From the IMG/VR virus record IMGVR_UViG_3300010400_000004, positions 1 to 64,000 of that record: a stretch of DNA of 64,000 nucleotides; one strand, given 5' to 3'. Positions 53,751 through 62,364 of this stretch are shown in pieces. The DNA is from a virus. The position numbers and the translations under genes are program-made. Positions within the stretch are counted from its first letter, which is position 1; each line of letters starts with the position of its first letter. The notes beneath the pieces were generated by a model, which made no database searches, was not told the origin of the DNA, and worked only from the letters and a program-made list of their open reading frames with translations.

Positions 53751-54426
53751 CATTCCGAAGAAACACACGGAGGTTGATATTGCAATGGACCGTGAGCAAG
53801 TTTTCTTGCTCTACGCGACGTTCACCGGAGACGTTGAGAAAGTCGCGCATGCAATCGGTATGCGTGCTGTTGATGTTTTGCGTATGGCTGATGAGGAAGG
53901 CTGGGCAAACAAACTCGCGCCAATTCTTGAGCTGAAGAAGAGCACTAAGCCCGGGGACTTCGAACGCGCCGTCAATCGTGCGCTCAATTTTGTCCAGGCG
54001 CGGCGACTATGGCTTTTCTTAGAGCGCGTCATGTCTCGTGTGACTGGAATGACTGAGACCGAGATGGCTGAATACCTCTTCACTGGCGAACAGTTTTTCA
54101 ATAAGGACGGCAGCGTCCAACGCGAAGTCAAGAAGCTCTCCACTCGCGCTCTGGCTGACCTTGCAGCGGCGATTGAGAAGTGCCAAGCTCTGACATACCT
54201 CGCACTCAACGACACCGCCCAGGACCGTAATAGACGCAAAGAACAGGCTTCCGATAATGATTCAGACGCGGGAGATTTAAGCGTGAGGATTGCAAAGAGT
54301 ATGGCGGCAATCAAATCGAGCAATAGCACCCGGGCACAACTGTTCGATGTAAAGCTCGAAATGGCTCAGGCCCAGGTCAAGGCAGCAGAGCATCCGGTGA
54401 ATCCTTTGGACAACGACGATCACTGA
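53737..54426 (+). CDS. Putative terminase small subunit
   Basis: N-terminal HTH (GDVEKVAHAIGM....V.R.A..EGW) then long helices; start of the + strand block containing TerL; inference. Confidence 0.5.
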   Translation: MEPISIPKKHTEVDIAMDREQVFLLYATFTGDVEKVAHAIGMRAVDVLRMADEEGWANKLAPILELKKSTKPGDFERAVNRALNFVQARRLWLFLERVMSRVTGMTETEMAEYLFTGEQFFNKDGSVQREVKKLSTRALADLAAAIEKCQALTYLALNDTAQDRNRRKEQASDNDSDAGDLSVRIAKSMAAIKSSNSTRAQLFDVKLEMAQAQVKAAEHPVNPLDNDDH

Positions 54427-54759
54427 TATTACTGATGATTCAGTAATTTCTGTCAAGACAGAAATCACAGAATAGAAAGCGAAAATCTCCCGAGCGGGAC
54501 GGATTAGCCCTTGAATGCAGCTAAATTTTACAGTGAGTGATTGCTCACTGTCGGTAAAGCGACACTTTGGACAGCAATCTGAGGTTTAATGGGAGTCCGG
54601 CCACCTCGAACCGCCGACCGGCGATCCGATCCGCGATCCGACCAGGGCGTTATCGGTCACGTTACGGTAAAGTTGGGGTGGGTGCCTTGGGGGTTTGGAG
54701 CTGGAACAACTTCGCTTAGAGCCAGTTACGCGAATTAAGAAAAAGACATCGAGAAAAAG

Positions 54760-54788
54760 TTGTGTAACGTTACTGAATCTGGTATGAT
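54760..54788 (+). promoter_or_regulatory. Promoter TTGTGT-N17-TATGAT (TGn), leaderless to ATG 54796
   Basis: Extended -10, ATG 7 nt downstream. Confidence 0.55.
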
Positions 54789-54795
54789 TTAAAAA

Positions 54796-55056
54796 ATGGA
54801 CATCGAAGCCGAAATAATCAAACTAATCCGCGAAAAGAACATCGCGGTCGAGAATCTTACCGCCGATCAACTGGCCTCCGCCCTGAAGCAAGCGATTGCC
54901 TGCGGGGACTTCCAACGGTTCATCCATCACGACGCGCAGCAAGTCGTTTATGTTCCGTTCGCCCGGGAACTGGAGCTTACTCTTCAGATCGAGGAACTCA
55001 AGAAAGAGAACGCGAAGCTTTTGCGTGATTCATTACGATGGGGAGACCCCGTGTGA
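54796..55056 (+). CDS. Hypothetical protein
   Basis: 86 aa, C-terminal coiled coil. Confidence 0.55.
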   Translation: MDIEAEIIKLIREKNIAVENLTADQLASALKQAIACGDFQRFIHHDAQQVVYVPFARELELTLQIEELKKENAKLLRDSLRWGDPV

Positions 55057-55168
55057 AAAAATCCCTTGGTGATTTCGATGCCAGCCTTTTTCATTGCTGG
55101 GAAGATGATCCGAATTGCGAAAAACATCGGTTGACACTCCGCCACTCCCGCGTCACCTCTCATTACGT

Positions 55169-55384
55169 ATGGCAACATTATCGACGGCGGAAAAGGCGAA
55201 CATTGCGTATCTAATCGAGTTTCAGCGCGGGAATTATGACACTCCCCTGGACAGTTTTGTGGCGGAGCAATTGAGCAGATACCACGCGAAGTTCGGTTAT
55301 GATTCTCAAATTGTGTATCTCGAAGCCCTTCGTGATGCTCCCCACCGCACACTACTTCAATCTCTCCTGGCAGTAGCCGCTTAA
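55169..55384 (+). CDS. Hypothetical protein
   Basis: ATG after a CACCTCT motif, 71 aa. Confidence 0.55.
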   Translation: MATLSTAEKANIAYLIEFQRGNYDTPLDSFVAEQLSRYHAKFGYDSQIVYLEALRDAPHRTLLQSLLAVAA

Positions 55385-55390
55385 TTTTCT

Positions 55391-56551
55391 ATGGGCTGGC
55401 CACTAACCGGAAATAATCTCAGCCGTTTCAATCGGCTGCTCGACGATCTGCGACAATACGGAGATTTTCCCCTCGTTGGTAGTCCGGATGACATTACCTG
55501 GCTCTGGCAAATAATTCGCGAGGCAAGTGATGGGCAATTTTCTCCGGAGCTTGATGATGTCGCGAACCGCAGTCATTATTGGATGCTCCGGCTGGTTTCT
55601 TTTCTTGGCGATCGGATTGTTCCACCGACTCCTCCGACCGAACAAACGGGAATTCATTGGGGGCCCGATGAAACTACTATTGATGTTTCGGATAACGGAG
55701 AATTCGATTTATATTATTTGACTTACAACGACCCCACAATTACTTCGCTTACCTTTGATTCATTAGAGACAATGACGGGGGGAGGCTTTACCGGAACCAA
55801 CAATACTTTTTTGACTTTCTTTTCTGCCCCAAAGTTGATTAACGTATTGGGGGATGTGGATTTTTCGGGTCAGAATTATACCAGTTTATCATTTCCGGTT
55901 TTGACAAATGTTTCGGGTCGGCTGTTCGCTAATACCATCCCCCTAATATTTTTGGATGTCTCTAAGTTGGAGACTGTCGGAGATTTTTTAGATATAGTCG
56001 ATGCAGTTCCGCTAGTTCACGCAGAGTTTACGGCCCTTAAATCGGTCGGCTTGATAACAAGTGGAGTAACTTATTACGCCGCTTATTCCTGTCCGAACCT
56101 CACCACACTTTTGCATCCAGCACTCGAAGAGGTGGACAATGCCTTGGTGATTTTTGATTGTCCGCTGTTGACAACTCTGGAGTTTCCTTCCCTTTTGTCA
56201 GCGAACATTCAAATATCAGACTGTGCCTCACTAATTAGCCTTTCTCTTCCTTTGTGGGGCGGTCTTGCTGCGGCTAATCCGAGTTTAGATACAATTGTTA
56301 ACAACACATCTTTAACTACTGTGAATGTTCCGTCTTGGTTTCCACCTGACGGCACTGGGTTTGTCTTGTCCGGAAATGCTTTTTCAGCCCCGACAGTCAA
56401 TCACATTCTGGCTCGTTGTGTGGCGAATCCCGCATTCGTTTCTGGATCAGTTGACCTCAGCGGTCAGACACCAGCGCAACCTCCAACCGGCCAAGGCATC
56501 GCAGATAAGGCGACTCTTCAAGGTCGCGGCGTAACAGTCATCACAGATTAA
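55391..56551 (+). CDS. L-domain/LRR-like repeat protein, third paralog
   Basis: Repeats L..L.FP.L..V.G; C-cap V.HILARCVA...G....ATL..RG.TV shared with 1-834 and 7097-8356. Confidence 0.7.
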   Translation: MGWPLTGNNLSRFNRLLDDLRQYGDFPLVGSPDDITWLWQIIREASDGQFSPELDDVANRSHYWMLRLVSFLGDRIVPPTPPTEQTGIHWGPDETTIDVSDNGEFDLYYLTYNDPTITSLTFDSLETMTGGGFTGTNNTFLTFFSAPKLINVLGDVDFSGQNYTSLSFPVLTNVSGRLFANTIPLIFLDVSKLETVGDFLDIVDAVPLVHAEFTALKSVGLITSGVTYYAAYSCPNLTTLLHPALEEVDNALVIFDCPLLTTLEFPSLLSANIQISDCASLISLSLPLWGGLAAANPSLDTIVNNTSLTTVNVPSWFPPDGTGFVLSGNAFSAPTVNHILARCVANPAFVSGSVDLSGQTPAQPPTGQGIADKATLQGRGVTVITD

Positions 56552-56691
56552 CTTATGACACGAGAAGAAATAATCCGCAAGCACGACGAGCTTCACGCAC
56601 AACACGCGGAACAACGCCAGCAAAGACAACTAATCAAGCTGAAGAAAATTCAAGCGGGAAAATCCAACACACAGACTAAAGCAGAGAAGGT

Positions 56692-57510
56692 ATGAAAAAA
56701 CTATCACGAATTTTGTTGACCTCAGCGATTTGTGGATTGTCGATCCTGGCATTGATCGCCGCTCCCAAAGGACATGCTGGAGGTAAAAAGCCCCCGAAGA
56801 ATAACACGGGCTGGTGGTTGCCGCCACTGACGTTCATTTCTCTCGATCCAGCAAATTGGAGCATTCGATTTTCTATCGGCATGCCGCCGAAACCTACACA
56901 AAATCCCGCTGGCCCAGGATGGTTTTTCGATTTCCCGGTTCATGCTACTTCCAATTTTTCCGATTGTAATACGACAACGTGCGTTACCCCTGGTCCGGAG
57001 TCTGTGGCGGTGTCATGTTGCGAAAGCATTCATTATCTGACGGTGCCCCATGCTGCCCCGCTTCCCGCAGGCCAGAGTCTCAAAGCAGTTATCGATATTT
57101 CGACTACGGGAAATCCGGTATTCCTTTACGACACAGAACCCGGCAATACTGGCGGCAGTCCTGCCAGCGTTCGATTTTTTGTGCAAGTTTTGGAGAACCC
57201 TCGTCCGCCTCCTTACGTGATGCTTGATGAAAACGCAAGGTGGTGGTCTAATCCGGTTGCGCTCACACTCCAGAATACTGGTGGAGCAGTTCTTGTTTCT
57301 GTGCCCATCGACCCGAGCCAATGGTCGAATGTCTCAGGACAGAGGGGAGACCTGAACTCCAACACGCTCGCTGCTTTCAACGAAGCTATGCAGAACCACG
57401 ACGGAATCGGATTCACCTTCGGAGGTGGATCGTTCTTCGGTCACGGCGTCGGTTTGGCGGCTGGTGGCACTGCCCGATTTACTCTCACTGATTTGAGGAT
57501 CGAACCTTGA
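56692..57510 (+). CDS. Secreted beta-rich protein of unknown function
   Basis: Signal peptide MKKLSRILLTSAICGLSILALIA; aromatic, Pro- and Gly-rich. Confidence 0.65.
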   Translation: MKKLSRILLTSAICGLSILALIAAPKGHAGGKKPPKNNTGWWLPPLTFISLDPANWSIRFSIGMPPKPTQNPAGPGWFFDFPVHATSNFSDCNTTTCVTPGPESVAVSCCESIHYLTVPHAAPLPAGQSLKAVIDISTTGNPVFLYDTEPGNTGGSPASVRFFVQVLENPRPPPYVMLDENARWWSNPVALTLQNTGGAVLVSVPIDPSQWSNVSGQRGDLNSNTLAAFNEAMQNHDGIGFTFGGGSFFGHGVGLAAGGTARFTLTDLRIEP

Positions 57511-57547
57511 AAAAGAAAAAAGGTCACAAGTCCAAGAAAAAAGGCTA

Positions 57548-57575
57548 TTGACGCCAGCCGTTCTTCTGCTATAGT
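57548..57575 (+). promoter_or_regulatory. Promoter TTGACG-N16-TATAGT (TGn), leaderless to ATG 57582
   Basis: Near-consensus hexamers, ATG 6 nt after the -10. Confidence 0.72.
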
Positions 57576-57581
57576 TTTGAC

Positions 57582-57905
57582 ATGAACGAATTTTTCGAGC
57601 ATGTCTTGAAGTTGTGTGAAGAACACGACATCGCAATTTATCTCCACCCCAAGTGCAGGCCCGTAGCTTTTCCTGAGGGCCGACAGATAAACATTCATCC
57701 GGTCCGGTCAGTTGTGAATTACTGTGAGGCACTCCATGAAATCGGACACATAATCACTTTTCGCTCGAATCAAACTCGCATGGAAAAAGAACTTGCCGCC
57801 TGGGAGTGGGCTGTAAACAACGCTCTTCAATGGGAAGAAGAGCACCATATTTTTATGGCGAAATGTCTTGCGCTTTGGCGGGAAGAGTGTAAAGTGAATG
57901 TATGA
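57582..57905 (+). CDS. Small HExxH metallopeptidase-like protein (ImmA/IrrE-like)
   Basis: ALHEIGH...E..AW.WA. Confidence 0.65.
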   Translation: MNEFFEHVLKLCEEHDIAIYLHPKCRPVAFPEGRQINIHPVRSVVNYCEALHEIGHIITFRSNQTRMEKELAAWEWAVNNALQWEEEHHIFMAKCLALWREECKVNV

Positions 57906-58681
57906 GTTATATCGAGCGAAATCCAGTTGAGGCGAAACAAGTCTATTCTTATATCCGGGTCAGTGGCAAAGGTCAAGTCGGCGGCGAAGGTCCGGACCGC
58001 CAGCGAGAAAGCATCAGCGCCTTCTGCTCAAACAAGGCACAACTGATTGGAGAGTTTTTCGAGGCAGGCGTCAGCGGCACAGTTGACGGCCTGGACAGAC
58101 CGGAATTCGCGGACATGATCGAGAGGATTGAGTCGTGTCGTTTAAACGGAATGGAAGTCGCGGGCTTCATCGTTGAACGGCTCGATCGGCTGGCGCGTGA
58201 TTTAATGGTGCAAGAGGTTTTGCTGTCCGAGTGCCGCAAGCGGTCAATTTGCGTCTATGCGGCTGACCAGGGCGATTTTGTTGACTTGGCGAGTGATGCC
58301 GTCGATCCGACACGCAAACTCATTAGACAGGTAATGGGCGCGATTGCTGAGTGGGAAAAATCTCAAACAGTTTTGAAGTTGCGTAAAGCGCGTCAAGCTG
58401 TTAAAAGAAAAACGGGACGGTGCGAAGGTCGCAAACCATACGGTGTTACACCGGAAGAACAGGCTATCCTGAAGGTGTTGCAGATTTTCGTCCGTCCCGA
58501 ACATACTATTCAGGAAGTCGCGGACATCCTGAATCAAGAAGGACTCCGGACTAGGTTCGGAACTGAGTGGAACCGCAAATCTGCATTCCGGATAATGAAG
58601 GTCGCCGGGGTGTGGACGAGGAAAGACCAGAGAGAACAACGGTTGAAAAACCTGAAAGGAACACATGGACGGAGCGTTTAA
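57902..58681 (+). CDS. Serine recombinase (resolvase domain + recombinase DNA-binding domain)
   Basis: YIRVS, E.GVSG, RP.F..M, VERLDRLAR, GRKPYG, VA..LN.EG.RT..G..W. Confidence 0.92.
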   Translation: MSYIERNPVEAKQVYSYIRVSGKGQVGGEGPDRQRESISAFCSNKAQLIGEFFEAGVSGTVDGLDRPEFADMIERIESCRLNGMEVAGFIVERLDRLARDLMVQEVLLSECRKRSICVYAADQGDFVDLASDAVDPTRKLIRQVMGAIAEWEKSQTVLKLRKARQAVKRKTGRCEGRKPYGVTPEEQAILKVLQIFVRPEHTIQEVADILNQEGLRTRFGTEWNRKSAFRIMKVAGVWTRKDQREQRLKNLKGTHGRSV

Positions 58682-58838
58682 AGCATTTGTGAAGGGAAAG
58701 GGAACTTGCGTGGTGGAGGATTTCGCTCGCAGGCATCGGGAAGACTGCCAGATTCGTCTTGCGCGTAAGATGAACGGGGCTTTGCCTGAGTATATCAATG
58801 GCAACCCAAAGCAACCTAATTTGAAGCGGGGTAATTAA
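58665..58838 (+). CDS. Small hypothetical protein (57 aa)
   Basis: ORF between the recombinase and the terminator. Confidence 0.4.
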   Translation: MDGAFKAFVKGKGTCVVEDFARRHREDCQIRLARKMNGALPEYINGNPKQPNLKRGN

Positions 58839-58867
58839 GACTTTCCCAGCTTCAGACATAGCAATAG

Positions 58868-58905
58868 CGACCACTGGAGGGCAAAATTCCAGTGGCCGTT
58901 TTTTT
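58868..58905 (+). terminator. Intrinsic terminator
   Basis: CCACTGGA/TCCAGTGG stem then T7. Confidence 0.75.
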
Positions 58906-58926
58906 GTGCCTAGGTCACTTATCTTA

Positions 58927-59004
58927 TGCGGGCGGCTGGTGTGAATCAGGAGTCGCCTCATAAGCTTGCTGTTGAAACGGGTTCAACTCCCGTGCCCGCA
59001 ACCA
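58927..59004 (+). tRNA. tRNA with CAT anticodon (Met or Ile2), irregular anticodon stem
   Basis: TGCGGGC/GCCCGCA acceptor, CTCATAA loop, GGTTCAACTCC T-arm, encoded CCA. Confidence 0.7.
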
Positions 59005-59006
59005 GT

Positions 59007-59081
59007 GGGACTGTAGTTTAACGGGAGAATGACCGGCTTGCACCCGGTAGATGTCAGTTCGATTCTGACCTGTATCCACCA
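59007..59081 (+). tRNA. tRNA-Ala(TGC), bulged acceptor stem
   Basis: ACCGG-CTTGCAC-CCGGT, G3:U70, TTCGATT T-loop, CCA. Confidence 0.8.
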
Positions 59082-59087
59082 ATTTTT

Positions 59088-59163
59088 CGGAATGTAATGT
59101 CAGCGGAAGACGGCTCGGCCTGGAACCGAGAGGCCGAAGGTTCGAATCCTTCCATTCCGACCA
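59088..59163 (+). tRNA. tRNA-Pro(TGG) with C33 and A37
   Basis: 76 nt, C1:G72/A73, CTCGG-CCTGGAA-CCGAG, GGTTCGAATCC, CCA. Confidence 0.88.
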
Positions 59164-59172
59164 ATTTTTTAT

Positions 59173-59244
59173 AGGGGTCTGGTGTAAATGGAACACGCCG
59201 GGAGAATTCCCGGGGATGGTCATCTGAAGGGCCGACCCCTGCCA
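59173..59244 (+). ncRNA. tRNA-like cloverleaf without a valid anticodon or T loop
   Basis: AGGGGTC/GACCCCT-G-CCA, D arm GTGT/ACAC, CCGGG-AGAATT-CCCGG, T-arm loop ATCTGAAG. Confidence 0.65.
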
Positions 59245-59250
59245 GTTGTC

Positions 59251-59369
59251 AGCAGAGTGCGATACCAACCGGAATAGGCCCCGGTCGTTGCAACGAGTTC
59301 CTACCCTATGTTCAGACGCCATAGGGAATCAGGAATGTGGCTCAGTTCCACGGTCTCACTCTGCAACCA
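59251..59369 (+). ncRNA. 119-nt CCA-ended four-hairpin RNA
   Basis: GCAGAGTG/CACTCTGC closing stem, A-A-CCA; internal ACCGG/CCGGT, TCGT/ACGA, TTCCT..CCCTATG/CATAGGG..AGGAA and GTGG/CCAC. Confidence 0.6.
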
Positions 59370-59541
59370 ATTTTGAAAAAGAAGAAAATAGTTTACACAC
59401 GAATCGATACTTCGCCCGCAGCACCCAGGCGACAAGGCGAGGACATTCGACTTTGGGACGAAGCCTGGAGACGCGCCGGATACTCAACGAAGATTTTGAT
59501 CCCCGGGGTTAATCTGCCACTTTTCGCAAAGTTTGCTGAAC

Positions 59542-61488
59542 ATGCTGACCGACCCACTTGAGAAATCCATCTCGGCTCGGGTAGCGAGTTACGTTCACGC
59601 CAACAAAAAATTCGAGGCGGCGAATTTCATTGACGATGCTCTCCGCCTGAATCTCAGGCTCGAAGATAATCCGAAGCAATACATTCCGGTGTTGCTTCAT
59701 TACATTCACCACCTCCTGAATACGGGCGGACCGGCTGAAGCTGCTCAAATACTTTGGACACCGAGTCAATTTTCTCCGCACCCACAATACACACAAGACG
59801 TGTGGAAACTTTTCGATCGGACTTCCCAAGGTCTGATTATGGGCGCGGCAAGTTGTAGCAAATCTTATGGAATGGGCGTTCGTTTTTTTCTTGAGTGGTT
59901 ACGTGATCCAGAGTGGACAGACATTCGTTTGCTTGGACCTAGCGAAGCACACCTCGAACAAAATCTTTTCTCTCATCTCGTGCGACTTCACAAGACGGCA
60001 ACTCTGCCGATGCCCGGTGAAATTGGAGAGTTGTTCATCGGCCTCGATCGACGCAACCAACTCTCAAGCATCAAGGGAGTAATTATCCCGATTGGTCAAA
60101 AGAAAAAGGCGGGAAGACTTCAGGGCGCGAAACAAATCGGGCGAACAGTTCCGCACCATGTTTTCGGAACGCGCTCCCGGCTTTTTATTTTCATCGACGA
60201 AATTGAAAATGTTCCTGGCGGTCTCTGGTCCGATGTCGATAACATCCTTTCTAATATTCAGGAAGAAGGCGATCCGAGTGGCTTCAAAGTGATGGGAGCT
60301 TTTAATCCGACAAATCAGGGAGATGAAGTAGCAAAGAGAGTTGAACCGCCCTTTGGTTGGGAAGGTTTCGACATTGAAAGTCATTATGAGTGGGTCTCGA
60401 AACGTGGCTGGGATGTTCTCCGTCTCGACGGTGAGCGATCGGAGAATGTAACCTCGGGCAAGGTTGTTTTTCCCGGCTTGCAAACAGATAACGGCCTCAA
60501 GGTTATCGCTCGCAATGCAGGTGGCAAACAAGCCGCAGGATATTTTTCAATGGGGCGCGGGGCTTATCCGCCACAAGGAATAGAATTGACAGTGATTCCT
60601 CCAGGCATGCTCGCGAAATGGAGGGGAAAGTTTATTTGGTATGACGAACCTCGGCCAGTTGGAAGCGAAGACCTTGCTCTCGAAGGTGGAGCAGCAGCGA
60701 TTTACACTTTGGGAAAATGGGGGAGAGCAACAGGTATTCTTTTTCCTCCTTCACTTGAATTTCCCCAAGGGCGTAAGTTCATGTTCAAGGACAGAAACGG
60801 GCACTCAATATCTCGATGGGCGTTACAGGCTAACCAACAGTTCATCGTGCCAAAGGGCGATACCATAGCGATGAAGGATCGAACGATTGAGGTAAATCGA
60901 CGCGCAGCAGTGCGTGGGGAATATTTTGCTTGTGACAGAACAGGCGCGGGCGCGGGAATTGCAGATTTGCTCAAGCATGAATATTCTCCGAGTATCCATG
61001 ATGTGAATTATTCCGAGGCGTGCAGCAAAGACAAAATCATGGTCGAGGATACCAAGACATGCGATCAACAATTCGAGCGAATGAATTCAGAGCTTTGGTT
61101 TGCAATGCGATCCTGGGGAGAGTTTCAATATTTTCTTATCAGTCCTGAAATCGACATGACAAAACTTCACGGCCAGCTAACGCAGCGAAAGTTTCGCACT
61201 GTTGGAGGTAAGAGTCGCGTCGAGCCGAAGAAAGACTATATGTCGAGAGGATTCGAGTCTCCGGACGAAGCGGACAGTCTCACGTTGCTCGTTCACGCCG
61301 CTCGTAAAGGCTCAGGCGTAACACTCAGCATGTCCCTCGATAACCAAGGTGAAATCGGCGGAGGCGACGACATGGACGGTTGGTATGATGAAATGACTTT
61401 GGTGGGCGGATCGAGGATCGACGAAAGCAATCGCACGAGTTTTCTCGATGACGGCAACAGGCCGATGAGGGAGGACGCGATTTTGTGA
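59542..61488 (+). CDS. terL: Terminase large subunit
   Basis: Walker A GAASCSKS (deviant), Walker B FIFIDE, FNP coupling motif; nuclease EDLALEGG, DRTG.G, SPD.ADS. Confidence 0.88.
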   Translation: MLTDPLEKSISARVASYVHANKKFEAANFIDDALRLNLRLEDNPKQYIPVLLHYIHHLLNTGGPAEAAQILWTPSQFSPHPQYTQDVWKLFDRTSQGLIMGAASCSKSYGMGVRFFLEWLRDPEWTDIRLLGPSEAHLEQNLFSHLVRLHKTATLPMPGEIGELFIGLDRRNQLSSIKGVIIPIGQKKKAGRLQGAKQIGRTVPHHVFGTRSRLFIFIDEIENVPGGLWSDVDNILSNIQEEGDPSGFKVMGAFNPTNQGDEVAKRVEPPFGWEGFDIESHYEWVSKRGWDVLRLDGERSENVTSGKVVFPGLQTDNGLKVIARNAGGKQAAGYFSMGRGAYPPQGIELTVIPPGMLAKWRGKFIWYDEPRPVGSEDLALEGGAAAIYTLGKWGRATGILFPPSLEFPQGRKFMFKDRNGHSISRWALQANQQFIVPKGDTIAMKDRTIEVNRRAAVRGEYFACDRTGAGAGIADLLKHEYSPSIHDVNYSEACSKDKIMVEDTKTCDQQFERMNSELWFAMRSWGEFQYFLISPEIDMTKLHGQLTQRKFRTVGGKSRVEPKKDYMSRGFESPDEADSLTLLVHAARKGSGVTLSMSLDNQGEIGGGDDMDGWYDEMTLVGGSRIDESNRTSFLDDGNRPMREDAIL

Positions 61489-61706
61489 ACAAAATAATCA
61501 ATGGCGAGTGGTGGAAATTAACCGAGGTGTATGTCTCGCCGTGCGGATTCGTCGCTCATTGGTTCAGTCATTCCGGACAACATTTTTATGAACCTCTCAA
61601 AACGAAGTGTGAAATTGATAGCAAAAGCCCTGGCCAAAGAAGTTACTCGTTCCAAACGAGAGTGGAGGATTTTCTTCAAGCGGGCACTCGATGCTCTGCC
61701 GCGTAA
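61485..61706 (+). CDS. Hypothetical protein
   Basis: GTGA-coupled to terL. Confidence 0.5.
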   Translation: MNKIINGEWWKLTEVYVSPCGFVAHWFSHSGQHFYEPLKTKCEIDSKSPGQRSYSFQTRVEDFLQAGTRCSAA

Positions 61707-61709
61707 ATA

Positions 61710-62291
61710 ATGGAACGAATCAACGTAAATCTTTTCCCGAAAGACGGGTATCTCTTCAAGGACTCAGACGGAACGACCGTCGCGGGCAACACCTGGGATG
61801 GAGTTGTGGCCCGAGTGCGAGCATATCGCAAACGTGCTGGTCTTCCTCCAGGCGATCCGGAGAATGAAGTGCGGGCACAAGCATGTCAGAGAAATCCGGC
61901 TCTCTGCACGAACGATGATGGACAGCACGCCGCAGCGGTGAAAGTGGCTACGCTAAAATCGAGGATACTTCAGTGGTTCGCCCGCGTGAAACGGGAAAAC
62001 TCCCGATTGCCAATAGAATTTTTCAAGTTCGAAGAGGACATGAAAAAACACGCGGACATTTGCGCGAGTTGCCCGCAGAATAAAGAAATGCCTGATGGTT
62101 GTTCCAGTTGCAGGGCGGCAGTGTCGGAACTGAGGTCAGAGATTATTGGAGGACGCCGGGTTGATGGACGCCTGACACACCACGGCTGCAATGTCCTTGG
62201 CTCGGACCTTGCGACATCGGTTTGGATAAACGAGCCAACGGTCGATAACCCGGAATTACCCGGCCATTGCTGGAGAAAGCGCACTCTATGA
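61710..62291 (+). CDS. Cys-rich putative metal-binding protein
   Basis: CASCP.N, CSSC, C, CW. Confidence 0.65.
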   Translation: MERINVNLFPKDGYLFKDSDGTTVAGNTWDGVVARVRAYRKRAGLPPGDPENEVRAQACQRNPALCTNDDGQHAAAVKVATLKSRILQWFARVKRENSRLPIEFFKFEEDMKKHADICASCPQNKEMPDGCSSCRAAVSELRSEIIGGRRVDGRLTHHGCNVLGSDLATSVWINEPTVDNPELPGHCWRKRTL

Positions 62292-62364
62292 TGATTACCA
62301 TTCTTTTAGCGGTCACACTCGCTTGGTGTATTTGGGATTCTCGCAACGACCCCGATCAAAACTG

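Noticed and set aside
58924-59512. ORFs overlapping the tRNA cluster, and the many antisense ORFs in the track
   Set aside because: Shadow frames of tRNAs or of well-supported genes on the other strand.
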